A stretch of 64,000 bases of DNA from the human T2T-CHM13v2.0 reference genome, Homo sapiens. Below the pieces are notes generated by a model. It was not told the origin of the DNA, searched no databases, and saw only the letters and a program-made list of their open reading frames with translations. The stretch lies in the NCBI RefSeq assembly GCF_009914755.1, contig NC_060944.1. One strand, given 5' to 3'. Both the position numbers and the translations under genes were made by a program. Positions 40,834-53,739 of the stretch are shown here, in pieces (position 1 is the stretch's first letter; each line of letters starts with the position of its first letter).

Positions 40834-40869
<36 letters not shown>
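40834..40869. repeat. (CA)n microsatellite
   Basis: About 18 uninterrupted CA units. Confidence 0.95.
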
Positions 40870-40871
<2 letters not shown>

Positions 40872-42113
40872 GAGATACCATTCAGCCTTTAAAAAGAAAG
40901 AAATTTTGTCATTTCAGACAACAGAGGAAACATGGATAAGCCTGAAGGACATTAGATTATGCTAAGTGAGATAAGCCAGGAACAAAAGAGGCAAATACAT
41001 GGGCCTTAAGTGAGACTCTGAGATGCTTTGGGGGGAACATAGCCCATCCCTAGCTGTTGTGGCTATGGGGAAAGACTCCATCTGCTTGAGAAAAGTAAAG
41101 GGGCATTTATCTTGCACTTTAGGTACCAGCTCAGTCACAGTGGAGCAGAGCAACAGGCAGCCTCTTGGGGTCTCCAGTTCTAGGCATTGACTCTTGGATG
41201 GTATTTCTAGACCTGCTCTGGGCCAGAGGGGAGCCCACCACCCTGAACGGTGAGTCGCAGGCCTGGCAACATTCACCACAAGCTGACTGAAAAGACCTTG
41301 GCCCTTAAGGAAGCATCAGTGGAAGCCTGCCAGTAATCCTCATGGACCTGTGGTGCTGGTGGCCATGAGGTGAGGCTTCTCTGTCTATAGAAAGGGGAGG
41401 AAACAATGGGAACGACTGCATCTTGTGTTTTAAGTACCAGCTTAGCAGCAGTGCAAGAGAAACCAGGTAGATGTCTAGGATTTTTTCTGTAGTCTCTAGC
41501 CTTTTCTCTAGTCCTGGATGGCATCTATGGACCAATTCAGGGGCTAGCGGAACTCACTGCCATGAAGGGAAGGATACAAGCCTGTCCGTCTTCACCACCT
41601 GCTGATTGTACAGCCCTCGGGCCTTGAGTGAACATAGGCAGTAGCCAGGTAGTGGTTACAATGGACCTTGGGTGAGATCTGGTGCTGTGCTGGCTTCAAG
41701 TCTGACCTAGCCCAGCCCCAGTGGTGGTGGCCACAGGGATATGTGTGTCAGCCCCTTCCAGTTCCAGGTGGCTCAGCACAGAGAGAAAGAGACACTGTTT
41801 GTACAGGAGAAGGTAAGGGAAGAGAAGACTTTCTACCTGATAATCCAGAGAATTCTTTTGGATCTTATTCAAGATAATCAAGGCAGTACCCCTATGAGTC
41901 TGCAAACACCACAGTGTTACTGGGCTTTGGGGTGCCCCCTAATGCAGATACAGCTTAGATCATAACACTCAAGTCTTTCCAAATATCTAGAAAGCTTCCC
42001 CAAGAAGGACAGCTACAAATAAGCCCAGATAGTGAAGACTACAATAAATACCTAACTCTTCAATGCCCAGACACTGATAAACATCTACAAGCATTAGCAT
42101 CATCCAGGAAAAC

Positions 42114-43050
42114 ATGACTTCACCAAACAAACCAAATAAGACAACAGGGAGCAGTCCTGGAGAAACAGAGATATGTGACTTTTCAGGCAGAGAATTCAAA
42201 ATAGCCATTTTAAGGAAACTCCAAGAAATTCAGGATAACACAGAGAAGGAATTCAGAATTCTATCAGATACATTTAACAAGCAGATTGAAATAATTAAAA
42301 AGAATCAAGATGAAATTCTGGAGTTGAAAATTGCAACTGACATACTGAAGAACACATCAGAGTCTTTTAATAGCAGAATTGATAAAGCAGAAGAAACAAT
42401 TAGTGAGCTTGAAGACAGGCTATTTGAAAAGGCACAGTCAGAAGAGACAAAAAGGAATAAAAAAGAATGAAGCAAGCCTACAATATTTAGAAAATAGCCC
42501 CAAAAGGGCAAATTTAAGAGTTATTGGCCTTTAAAAGGAGGTAGAGAAAGAGATAAGGGTAGAAAGTTTATTCAAAGGGATAATAACGAGAATTTCTCCA
42601 ATCTAGAGAAAGGTATCAATATCCAAGTAAAAGAAGGTTATAGAACACCAAGCAGATTTAACTCAAAGATGACTACCACCTGCCATTTAATAATCAAATT
42701 CCCAAAGGTTAAGGATAAGGAAAGGACCCTAAAAGCAGCAAGAGAAAAGAAACAAATGACATAACAATGAAGCTCCAGTACAACCAACCAATTTGTTTCA
42801 ACCAGTGAAACAAATGACATAACAACTAAGCTCCAGCAAAAACCTTATGAAACAGCAGAAAGTGGCATGACATATTTAAAGTGCTGAAGGAAAAAATGTT
42901 TACCCTAGAATAGTATATCTGGTGAAAACATCCTTCAAACATGAAGGAGAAATAAAAGCTTTCTCAGAAAAACAAAAGCTGAAGAACTTAACCAACACCA
43001 GACCGGTCCTACACGAAATGCTAAAGGGAGTACTGCAATCCAGAAGAAAA
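42114..43050 (+). pseudogene. L1 ORF1p remnant (disrupted)
   Basis: ORF 42114-42470 EFKIAILRKLQEIQDNTEKEF...FNSRIDKAEETISELEDRLFE is ORF1p coiled-coil sequence; followed by frameshifts and stops. Confidence 0.85.
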
Positions 43051-43080
43051 GCACATTAATGAGCAATAAGAATTTTTCTG

Positions 43081-43377
43081 GGCTGGGCGCTGTGGCTTAC
43101 AGCTGTAATCTCAGCACTTTGGGAGGCCAAGGCAGGTGGATTACAAGGTCAGCAGATCGAGACCATGCTGGCTAACACAGTGAAACCCCATCTCTACTAA
43201 AAATACAAAAAATTAACTGGGTGTGGTGGTGGACGCCTGTAGTCCCAGCTACTTGGGAGGCTGAGGCAGGAGAATGGCATGAACCCAGGAGGCAGAGCTT
43301 GCAGTGAGCCAAGATCATGCTACTGCACTTCAGCCTGAGCGACAAAGCGAGACTCCATCTCAAAAAAAAAAAAAAAA
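43081..43377 (+). mobile_element. AluY SINE inserted in the L1 inter-ORF region
   Basis: Y diagnostics ggctaacacagtg, agaatggcatgaacc, gagcttgcagtg; 13-bp TSD aagaatttttctg. Confidence 0.97.
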
Positions 43378-43800
43378 GAATTTTTCTGAAGGTACAAAAT
43401 TCACTGGTAATGTTAAGTACATAGAAAAAACACAGAATATTATAACACTGTAATTGTGGTGTTTAAACTCATCTTAAGTAGAAACACTAAAAGATGAATA
43501 AATCAAAAATAATAACTATAATACAACAACTTTTCAAGACATAAGCAGTACAATAAGATACAAATAGAACAAAAAGTTTAAAAGTGGGGGAACAAAGTTA
43601 AGGTGTATAGTTTTTATTAGTTTCCTTTTGGCTTATTTGTTTATGCAAACAGTATAACGTTTTTATCAGGTTAAAAAAATGGGTTATAAGATAGTGTTTG
43701 CAAGCCTCATGGCAACTTCAAATAAAAAAAATACAACAGATACAGAAAAAATAAAAAGCAAGAAATTAAATCTAACTACCAGAGAAAGTCACCTTCACTC

Positions 43801-43917
43801 AAAGGAAGAGAAAAGAAAGAAAAAAAAGGAAAGAAAAGAGAAAAGAAAGAAAGAAAGAGAGAAAGAAAATAAAGGAAAGGAAAAGAAAGAGAGAGAAGAG
43901 AAAGAAAGAAAGAAAGG
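43801..43917. repeat. Polypurine (A/G) low-complexity tract
   Basis: ~115 nt of almost pure A/G (aaggaagagaaaagaaagaaaaaaaaggaaag...). Confidence 0.9.
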
Positions 43918-43954
43918 CCACAAAATAACCAGAAAACAAATAACAAAATAACAA

Positions 43955-46900
43955 AATGTCAGGAGTAAGTATTTACTTATCAATAATAACATTGAATATA
44001 AATGGACTAAACTCTCCAATCAAAAGACATAGAGTTGCTGAATGGATAAGAAACAAGACCTAGTGATCTGTTGCCTACAAAAGCACACTTAACCTATAAA
44101 GACACACATAGACTGAAATAAAGGGATAGAAAAGGATATTCCATGCTAATGGAAACCAAAAAAGAGCAGAAGTAGTTACACTTATATCAGACAAAATAGA
44201 TTTCAAGACAAAAACTATAAGAAGAGACAAATAAGGTCACTATATAATGATAAAGGGGTCAATTCAGCAAGATGATAAACCAATTGTAAATACATATGCA
44301 CCCAACACCAGAGCACCCAGATATATAGAGCAAATATTATTGGAGCTAAAGAGAGAGATAGACTCCAGTACAACAATAGCTGGAGACTTCAAAACCCCAC
44401 TTTCAGTATTGGACAGATCTTCCAGACAGAAAATCAACAAAGAAACATCAAACTTAATCTGCACTATAGACCAAATGGACCTAATACATATTTACAGAAC
44501 ACTTTATTCAACTACTGCAGAATACACATTCTTTCCCTCAGCACATGGATCATTCTCAAGGATAGAATATAGGTTGGGTCACAAAACAAGTCTTAACACA
44601 TTCAAAAAAATTGAGATAATATAGAGCATTTTCTCTGATAACAATGGAATAGAACTAAAAATCAACAAGAGGAATTTTGGAAATGATACAAATACATGAA
44701 AATTAAACAATATGATCCTGAATGACCAGTGGCTTAATAAAGAATTTAAGAACAAAATTGAAAAATTTCTTGAAACAAATGATACTGGAAACAACATATC
44801 AAAACCTGTGGGATGCAGAAAAAATAGTACTATGAGGGAAATTTATAGCTATAAGTGCCTACATCAAAAAAGAAGAAAAACTTCAAATAAACCACCTAAG
44901 GCTGCGTCTTATGGAACCAGAAAAGCAAGAGCAAACCAAACCCAAAATTAGTAGAAGAAAATAAATAATAAAGATCAAAGCAGAAATAAATAAAATTGAA
45001 ATGAGAAAGAAATACAAAAGATCAACAATACAAAAAGTTGGTTATTTGAAAAGTTAAACAAAAATGACAAGCCTTTAGCCAGATTAACAAGAAAAAAAGA
45101 GTGTAGACCCAAATAAATAAAATTAGACACAAGAAAGGACACAATATTCAACTGATAACACAGAAATTCAAAGGATCATTAGTGGCTACTATGGGCAACT
45201 ATATGCCAATAAACTTGAAAATCTAGAAGAAATTGACAAATTTCTAGACACATACAACCTACCAAGATTGAACCATGAAGAAATCAAAAACCAGAACAGA
45301 CCAATAACAAGTAATGAAACTGAAGTAATAATAAAAACATCTTCCAGCAAGGAAAAGCCTGTGACTCAACAGTTTCACAGCTGAATCCCACCAAACATTT
45401 AAAGAGGAAATAATACCAATTCTACCCAAACTATTCTGAAAACTAGAAGAAAATAGAATACTTCCAAACTCATTCTGTGGGACTAGTATTACCCTGAGAC
45501 CAAAACAAGACAAAGGCACACCAAATAGGAAAACTATAGGCCCATATCACTAATAAATGTTGATGCAAAAATCCTCAACAAAATACTAGCAAACTGAATT
45601 CAACAACACCTTAAAAAGATAATCCATCATAATCAAGTGGGATTTATCCCTGGAATGCAAGCATAGTTCAACATAGACACAAATCAATCAATGTGATACA
45701 TCATAACAACAGAATGAGGGACAGAAGCCATATAATTATTTAAATTGATGCTGGAAAAGCATTTGATAAAATTCAACAGCCCTTCATGACAAAAACCCTC
45801 AAAAAAAACTGGGTATAGAAGGACTATACCTCAACATAATAAAAGCCATATATGACAGACCTTCAGCTAGTATTACACTGCATAGGGAAAAACTGAAAGC
45901 CTTTCTTCTTCAAAGATTTGGAACACAGCAAAGATGCTCATTTTCTTCACTGTTATTCAACATAGTATTGGAAGTCCTAGCTAGAGGAATCAGACAAGAC
46001 AAAGAAACAAAGGGCATCTAAATTGGAAAGAAGTCAAATTATCCTTGTTTACAGATCAAGTGATCTTATATTTGGAAAAACCTGAAGACTCCACCGAAAT
46101 AATTAGAAATGATAAACAAATTCAGTAAAGTTGCAGGATACACAATCAACAGACAAAACTCAGTAGCATTTTATATGCCAAGAGTGAACAATTGGAAAAA
46201 GAATTCAAGCAAGTAATCCCATTTACAATAGCCATAAATAAATTAAATACCTAAGAATTTGCTTAACCAAAGATGTGAAAGATATCTACAGTGAAAACTA
46301 TAAAGCACTGATGCAAGAAATTGGAGAGGACACTAAAAAATGGAAAGATAGTCCATGTTCCTGGATTAGAAGAATCAATATTGTTAAAATGTCTATACTT
46401 CTCAAAGCAATCTACAGATTTAATGCAATCCCTATCAAAATATCAATGATCTTCTTCACAGAAATAGAAAAAAAAGTTTAATTTATATGAAACCACAGAA
46501 GACCCAGAATAACCAAAGCTATCCTAAGCAAAAAGAGCAAAACTGAAGTAATAACATTAATAACATTATCTGACTTCAAATTATGTTGCAGAGCTATAGT
46601 ATCCAAATTGGCACGGTAGTAGTATAAAAACAGGCACATAGGCCAGTTTAACAGAATAGAGAACCCAGAAATAAATCCATACATCTACAGTGAGCACATT
46701 TTCAACAAAATTTTTGAGAGCACACATTGGGGAAAGGACAGTCTCTTCAATAAATGTTGCTGGGAAAACTGGATATCCATATGCAGAAGAATGAAACTAG
46801 ACTCCTATCTCTCACCATATAAAAAATAAAAATGGATTCAAGACTTAAATTCAAGGCCTCAACATATAAAACTACTAAAAGAAAGCATTGGGGAAACTCC

Positions 46901-47750
46901 AGGTATTGGAGTGGGCAAAGAAGACTTCTTGAATAATAACCCACAGGCACACGCAACCAAAGCAAAAATGGACAAATGGGATCACATCAAGTTAAAAAGT
47001 TTCTGCCCAGCAAAGGATGCAATCAACAAAGTGAAGAGATGACCCACAGAATGGGAGAAAATATTTGCAAACTACCCATATGACAAGGGATTAATAACTA
47101 GAATATATAAGGAGCTCAAACAACTCTAGAAAAAAAATTAATCATGTAATTAAAAAATGGACAAAAGATTTGAATAGATATTTCTCAAAAGAAGACATAC
47201 AAATGGCAAACAGGTATATGAAAAGGCACTCAACATCATTAATCATCAGAGGAAAAAAATCAAAACTACAGTGAGATATCATCTCACTCCAATTAAAATG
47301 GCTTTTATCCAGAGGACAAGCAATAACAAATGCTGGCAAGGATGTGGAGAAAAGGGAACCCTACTGCTGGTGGGAATGTAAATTAGTACAACCACTATGG
47401 AGAACAGTTTGGAGTGTCCTCAAAAAACTAAAATAGAGCTATCATATTATCCAGCAATCCCACTGCTGGGTATATACCCAAAAGAAAAGAAATCAGTATA
47501 TCTAAGAGATATCTGCACTCCCATATTTGTTGCAACATTAGTCACAATAAGTCATAATTTGGAAACAACCTAATTGTCTATCAACAGATAAATGAATAAA
47601 GAAAATGTGGTATATATACACAATGGAGTAGTATTTGACCACAAAAAAATGAGATCCTGACATTTGCAACAACATGAATGGAACAACTTTCATCATATTA
47701 AGTGAAAAAGCCAAACACAGAAAGACAAACATTGTATGTTCTCAGTTATC
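43955..47750 (+). pseudogene. L1 ORF2p remnant (endonuclease + reverse transcriptase, disrupted)
   Basis: ORF 44247-44624 has APE-endonuclease motifs (YAPN, AGDF, DLIHIYR, HGSFSRI); RT catalytic FADD mutated to FTDQ at 46048-46059; many stops. Confidence 0.9.
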
Positions 47751-48141
47751 TTTGGGAGCTAAAAATTAAACAATTGAACTCAAAGAGATAGAGGGTAGCA
47801 GGATGGTTATCAGCAACTGGAAAGCGCAGTGGGCTTGAGGAGTAATTGGGGATGGTTAATGGGTACAAAAAATAAAAAGAACTAATAAGACCTAGTATTT
47901 GCTAGCACAACGATATAAAAATAATTTAATTGTACATTTAAAAATAACTAAATGAGTATAACTGTACTGTTTGAATCACAAAGGATGCATACTTGAGATG
48001 ATGAGTACCCCATTTACCCTGATGTGATTATTATATGTTGCATGCCTGTGTGAAAATATTTCATGTACCCCATAAATATATACACCTACTATATACTCAC
48101 AAAGAATTAAAAATAAAAAAAGTTGAAAAAGGCAAATACAT

Positions 48142-48547
48142 TATTATCTCACTTATACATGAATTCTAAAAAAGTCACACTCATAGAAGCAGAGACAGTA
48201 GTATAGTGGTTTCAGAGGCTGGTAACAGGTCAAAGGGAGCAGAAATGGGAAGACGTTTGTTAAAGGGTATAAAGTTTTGTGAGGATAAATACATTCTGGA
48301 GATCTATTGTACAACATGGTGGTTTTAGTTGATAATAATCTATTATATACTTGAAAATTGCTAAGAGAGTAAATTTTAAATGTTCACACCACAAAAAATA
48401 AGTATGTGAGATGATGGATATGTTAATTAACTTTAACCATTTAACAATGTATATATACATCTATCAAAACATCACATCATACACTGTAAATATACACAAT
48501 TTTTATTTGTCAATAATGCCTGAATAAACTGAGAACAAAATAAAAAT
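48142..48547 (+). mobile_element. 3' end of the old host L1 (L1MA8/9-like)
   Basis: atctcacttata...ttctggagatctattgtacaacatgg...aaattgctaagagagtaaattttaaatgttc...tatacacaatttttatttgtcaat; resumes exactly after the TSD. Confidence 0.88.
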
Positions 48548-48924
48548 GAAAATATGTTACCCTAAATAATTTAATCTAATTTAATTTGTAGATGCTTTAC
48601 CTGATATCCCTAATAAATTTTCAAGCCACATATTATTTTTATTGTTAAAATAAAGGAGGTTGAGAAGGATAGGAAGCTTTGTCCAAAATCCCATAGTTGG
48701 AGGCAAGATACAAACCCAGATCTATCTGTCACCTCCTGCTTTCCTTCCGGATTTAGACTTCAGTTTTCTAGTCAATTATCTCAAACTTATCTCACAGGGA
48801 CATACTCCAGCAGACTCCAGGAACCCATTCATTCCTAGAGTAAAATTGAGTGTTTGGCCTGGAGAAAATGGGAGATCCTTTCTCCACACAAAAACATAGC
48901 TACCCAAAACCATATCATCAGGGC

Positions 48925-49150
48925 CAAGTGCCTTTTATGGAGCATTTACCATTCAGGCACTTTACCAGACAACCTCAATTTATACTCACACAGCAGCCCA
49001 GATAAGGAGATACTGTCACTATCCCCCTTTTGCCATTGAGAAAGCTAAAACTAAGAGAGGAGAAGTGATTTGCCCAAGGTCAAACACTTAGTAAATAGGA
49101 GAAACAAGATTCTCATCTAGAGCTATCTGAAGTCAAACCAATTCATCCAG
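48925..49150 (-). mobile_element. MIR SINE
   Basis: gagcatttaccattcaggcact...gagaagtgatttgcccaaggtcaaacacttagtaaat. Confidence 0.75.
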
Positions 49151-50597
49151 ATATTCCATTGTAATCTTAAATGCTAGGGCAAATGTGCTCACAATGAACT
49201 TCCACCCTGCCTCTAATCCCTGCATCATGCAAATTCTTAAGATTTACCTCCAAGAAGCTCTGGTTCACAGGGCTGGGAAAGCCCCAAGAGCTTAACAAAT
49301 ATACCCTGTGACTGTTAGATTCATTAACTGTGAGACCCCTAGGACTTGAGAGTTCCACTGGTTGGGCTGGGATTTAGTTACAAAGACCCCATCACCGGAC
49401 AAAAAGCAAGTTAAGTCCACTTTCCTTTTCTCTGGAAATAACAGACTTTTGGGTTCCCTGTCCATATATGGCCAGATCATGTAGTCTGGGGACAACATAC
49501 AGTAGAATGGAGTATCTACTGTGCACTGACTCTATCTTGGAAGATGGTCTGTCTCAAGAACCAGAGACATGAGCTTGTGCCTGTGCAAGGAAGTGTCTGG
49601 TCACTTTTCCTACTCAGCTATGACAGCCAGTGAGATAGGTTAATAAATAGGCAGCTCCAAAGAAGTTAGGATAAGAAGAGGAAGGAAATAGTTTTCCCTA
49701 GAGCTGGAGTGAGCTACCAGCCTGTATCAAATGTGCCCTATTTATTTGGCAAGTTCTGCTGATAAACAACCTTGTCCGCTCTCTCCTGCTGAGGAATTCC
49801 TGATACGAACTGTCAAACATCCACATCCTTCCTGTAATCCACCTCCTGTGTGAAGCAGAGATTTCTTCTGGAAGTAAAGCCAACCTTGCCATCTCGGCTG
49901 CCAGGTTGGCATTAGAATAGTGGAATCTTGTAAGCTGCAACCCCCCCTGCCCCGCAACCAGAGAGATGCCACCATGTTGTGCTGGGTCTGCTGTTTCCAG
50001 CAAAATAAGCACATGTGTGGTTCACTGCCTTCCCTGGAATGTCCGGGAGCAGGAAGAAGGGGTCCTCCTGCCAGACTCCCTAGTTTCACTCTCTTCGCTT
50101 CTCTGGAAAATTTTATCTCATGGAATCTTGTACCTTGCTTTCAGAATGACCAGGAATATTCTATGGAAGCAGAATGTTAAGGAAGATATAACGCATGTTG
50201 GTGCAGAGAACACCAGTCTCTGAATGCTGGACCTTTAAAACCTTGTGAGTACACAGCATATCTGTAGAAAAGTCTACAGTGGCAAACACTTCTTGTTGAA
50301 CTCTTGTATTTCTAGTTAGTGATGATTCCCAACTCTGCCTAATTGATCTGTCTAGAGAGGATGGCAGGGCTTCAAATCTAAAAGCCCAGTTAAAAAGCCC
50401 TGAGATAAAACCTCCCCCCAAAAATTACATGCCAGATACCTATATACTGATTTTTTTTATGAAAAGCTGATACCCACAGCCCTCTATAACAGTACTGTCT
50501 TCCCAAATATACCTTGCTCTCAGAGAATCAGGGTTGATAATATATGTCAGGGTGGGTGGAGAACAGATAGAGCCTGTTTGTACAGTGACAGTGTGGC

Positions 50598-51175
50598 TCA
50601 TTCATTTATTCATGCAGTTACTCAAACAGCAAATATTTATTAAACACCACATGTGAGCAAGAACATCTATTCAGCACAATGAGGGTGATAATAGGGGATG
50701 CAGAATTGTTGTTGGGTCACAGAGGCAGGCATCTAATCTAGCCTAGCTGTGGGGAAACAAGGATGCCTTCCCCGAGAGGGTAACACCTAAGCTGAGATGT
50801 GGAAGATGAGTAAAAACATGTGCAAAGGCGTAGGGACTGAATCTGAGGAACGTGAAGAAATTCAGGGTGACTACAAGGTAGCAGTTGCTACATTAAGAAA
50901 AGTCTCATTAACTAAGCAAAGCACGTACTACATCAGATTGAGCCCTATGGGGTGTCATTGAGATATTTTTAGAAGGGAATGGCATGGGAAAAAAATGGAG
51001 ATTTACAAAGGCTCACCTGGCTGCAGTGTAAAGAAGTGATGGACAGGGTGATCCAGGTGTCAGGGGAGCCTGTTGAGAAGGCTTTGCAGTGACCTCAGAC
51101 AAAGATAATGAAAGGCACATCTATGTGTTGTCAGTGGAATAGAGAGAACTGGATGGATTGTGACTTATTTAGGAG
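50598..51175 (-). mobile_element. L2 LINE fragment
   Basis: tcattcatttattcat...aaatatttattaaacacc...cctaagctgagatgtggaagatgag...tgtgcaaaggc. Confidence 0.7.
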
Positions 51176-51226
51176 ATACCATTTAAAATAAAACTTGTAC
51201 ATATAAATTATTTCAATTTTAGATGG

Positions 51227-51690
51227 TGTGGTACACTGAGTAGTGGCCTCCCAAAGATGTCCACATCCTAATTCCTGGCATCTGTGAATATGTTGTTTTA
51301 TATGATGGAAGAGATCATGAAGATGTAGTTCAATTAAGAACCTTGAGATGGGGAAATTATCCTGGATTATCCAGTTTGGCCCAATCTAATCACAAGTGTC
51401 CTAATAAGGGAAAGAGGAAGGCAAGAGAGACTGGATCAAGTGGAGATCAATTTGAAGATGCTTTGCTGCTGGCTTTGAAGATGAAGGAGGAGGCCAGGAG
51501 TCAAGGAAAGCAGGTGGCTTCTGGAAGTCAGAAAATGCAATGAAACGTTCTCCCCTACAGCCTCAGAGAGAGCCCAGCCCTGCCAATTCATTTCAGACCT
51601 GTGACCTCTAGAACTGGAAGATAATGAATTTTTGTTGTTTTAAGCCACTAAGTGTGTGGCAATTTGTTATGTTAACAGGAAACCAATACA
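51227..51690 (+). mobile_element. MLT1D MaLR solo LTR
   Basis: cccaaagatgtccacatcctaattcc, ttatcctggattatcc, ttttaagccactaagt...aataca; near-TSD gatgg/gatag. Confidence 0.88.
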
Positions 51691-52334
51691 GATAGGAAAA
51701 CTAAGTCCTGGCCCCTGATAGACATGTAATAAGTATGTGTTTAGTTAATGCACGAATGAGGCTTAGAGAGGTACAGTGGACGTTCTAAAGTAACAAGGCT
51801 TCCAAGTTCTCAAACTTACATGGAAAGTTGAAAAATCCCCCTTACCTGATAATAGTGGTTAACTCAAGATGTGGGACTTGGGGACAGGAGGAGAAGGGAG
51901 ACTTACTTTTCACTACAGCTTATTATACTACCTGAATTTGTCACCCTGTGCACATATTGCCTATTTAAGAAAAGTTAATGACCCTTGTCTTCAAGTCTGA
52001 GGGATAAGACAGGTGTATAGATCAAAATAGAAAAGAAAGTAATCAGTAACCCAATGCCACATCTGAAGGTAGGTACTGTGACAATTCAATATTTTTGGAT
52101 ATGCTCAGTTAATTAAATCTGAATTCCAGTGCCTATCTGCTCAAGCTACCATCCACCCACTCTCTTTCTTTTCCTCTTCAAAGGTTTCAACTCTAAAAAT
52201 AGTGTACATCTATACTGCCCTGTCCCTTCTTAGCCCCATGAAATTTTGCATGTACTCTGCCCCCAGTAAAATGCTAAGCTGCTCATCCTCATAGGGAAAT
52301 GATATCAACTCATGGGCAGGGCATGACTTTTGTA

Positions 52335-52540
52335 GACAAGAGCTAGATTTGAAACCTAGTATCCACATCAGAGTAACCAAGAAAAATTTATTTAAACCTT
52401 CTGAGCCTCAGTTTTTCTATCTGTGAAATGGCATCATGATGTGTTATAAGGATTTGTTGGTTTATTTATTTGTTTTTGAACAGAATTCAGTCAAGCAATG
52501 TATGTAAAGCATTTGGCATGGTATGTGGCACCCAATACAT
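52335..52540 (+). mobile_element. MIR SINE
   Basis: ttctgagcctcagtttttctatctgtgaaatgg...tatgtaaagcatttggcatgg. Confidence 0.7.
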
Positions 52541-52898
52541 ATTAGTTCAATTTCCCTCTTTATGTATTTTCTTCCCTTTTCCGCAGTAGCCAAAGCTTTT
52601 ATCTTAGCCCTTAGCTTCTCCAAACTTTCTGCAGTATAGGACAAAATTGATCTCTCTTTCACCCCTCTCACTTTCCTCTCCCACTTTGTTTTTTTCATCC
52701 TGTAATTTGTGCAATAGAAATTTTACAAGGAATACAAAAAGTGCAGACATCATTCCAGCATTGTGAAATGAAGATGGCTTAATCAGACAGTTGTGCTCAT
52801 GTGGGATCCCCTGGGCCATTTATAGGCACCATTTAAGTTCAGAACTCCACACACGCTCAGTATGTTTCAGGTGATATATATGGTTGTTACATGTAAAC

Positions 52899-53331
52899 CT
52901 ATGTTAGGCAGTTCCTGCCACAAAGATGCTATGTAACACACCAGCCCCAAACTCACTGCCTTCCAACTCCACTTTCATTCTCATGTACACAAATTTATAG
53001 GCTGACTGTGTTCATCTGATCTAGAATTGGTTCCCTGGGGTGGCTCTGCTTGAAGCTGCAGGACAAAGGGGTGTGGATCCAGCCTCATCCTGAGACCAGG
53101 CTGAAAGGGCAGCAGCCACTGAGGGTATGTTCTTTTCAGGTGATGGCAGAAATGCAGAGGGAAAGCCCAACCACACAAACACAGTGCCCAGTAATGGCCC
53201 AATAAAGTCACAAGGCCAATGTCAAGAGGTGAGACGGTACATTCTGCCCACTGTAAGGCCGTAGCAAGGGAGTGGCTAGACACTAATACTAGGGAGAGTG
53301 AAGCATTGGGAACAATTATCTAACCTACTAC
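52899..53331 (-). mobile_element. MLT1I/J-like MaLR LTR
   Basis: gatgctatgtaacacacc...accaggctgaaagggcagcagcc...gtgatggcagaaatgcagagg...attatctaacctactaca. Confidence 0.65.
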
Positions 53332-53739
53332 ACTATCAATCCACCTGAAGTGATTAGCAAGTAATCCCCCATTCTTCCCCAGCTCCCCTTCCACAAATCC
53401 TCACCAGGAATTCACATAAGCCATGAAGACTATGACTAATGTTGGTAGTTGGGTTTCTAAATCAATAGTCAAGAAAAAAAGCTTCATTAAACGTGTCATT
53501 AACCCCCTGAAATTGTAAGTATTCATAAGCACGTGGGTACATACCTTTTCTATTGAGAGAGTACAAAACTTTAGATTCTCAATAAGAATTTCAGAACTAC
53601 TTCTCTCACTAGCCTCATATTCACAGCCAGGAGCGGTTCTTTAGCACAGCAGCAAGACACAGCTATAGTATTAAGTTCTGAACCTGGGATAGTCAATGGC
53701 CTGATCCAGTTTGTGCCACAATCATCCTCCCCAAGAACT

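Larger units (their letters stand above)
37189..41000 (+). mobile_element. Old L1 host (L1MA8/9-like): 5' UTR, ORF1, internally deleted ORF2
   Basis: gagagtgacatcagcaagatg 5' start, GC-rich tandemly repeated 5' UTR, ORF1 sequence (cagcagatttctcagcagaaaccttgcaggccaggagagagtgggatga), ORF2 start then jump to ORF2 C-terminal region. Confidence 0.85.
41001..48129 (+). mobile_element. Near-full-length L1MA2/L1MA3-like LINE-1 (inactive) nested in the older L1
   Basis: Repetitive 5' UTR, ORF1 and ORF2 remnants, L1MA2/3-type 3' UTR (ccccatttaccctgatgtgattatt...gtaccccataaatatatacacctact), A tail; 12-bp TSD aggcaaatacat at 40989-41000 and 48130-48141. Confidence 0.92.

Noticed and set aside
41001-48129. 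Potentially active L1
   Set aside because: Both ORFs are riddled with stops and frameshifts, and the RT FADD motif is mutated to FTDQ.
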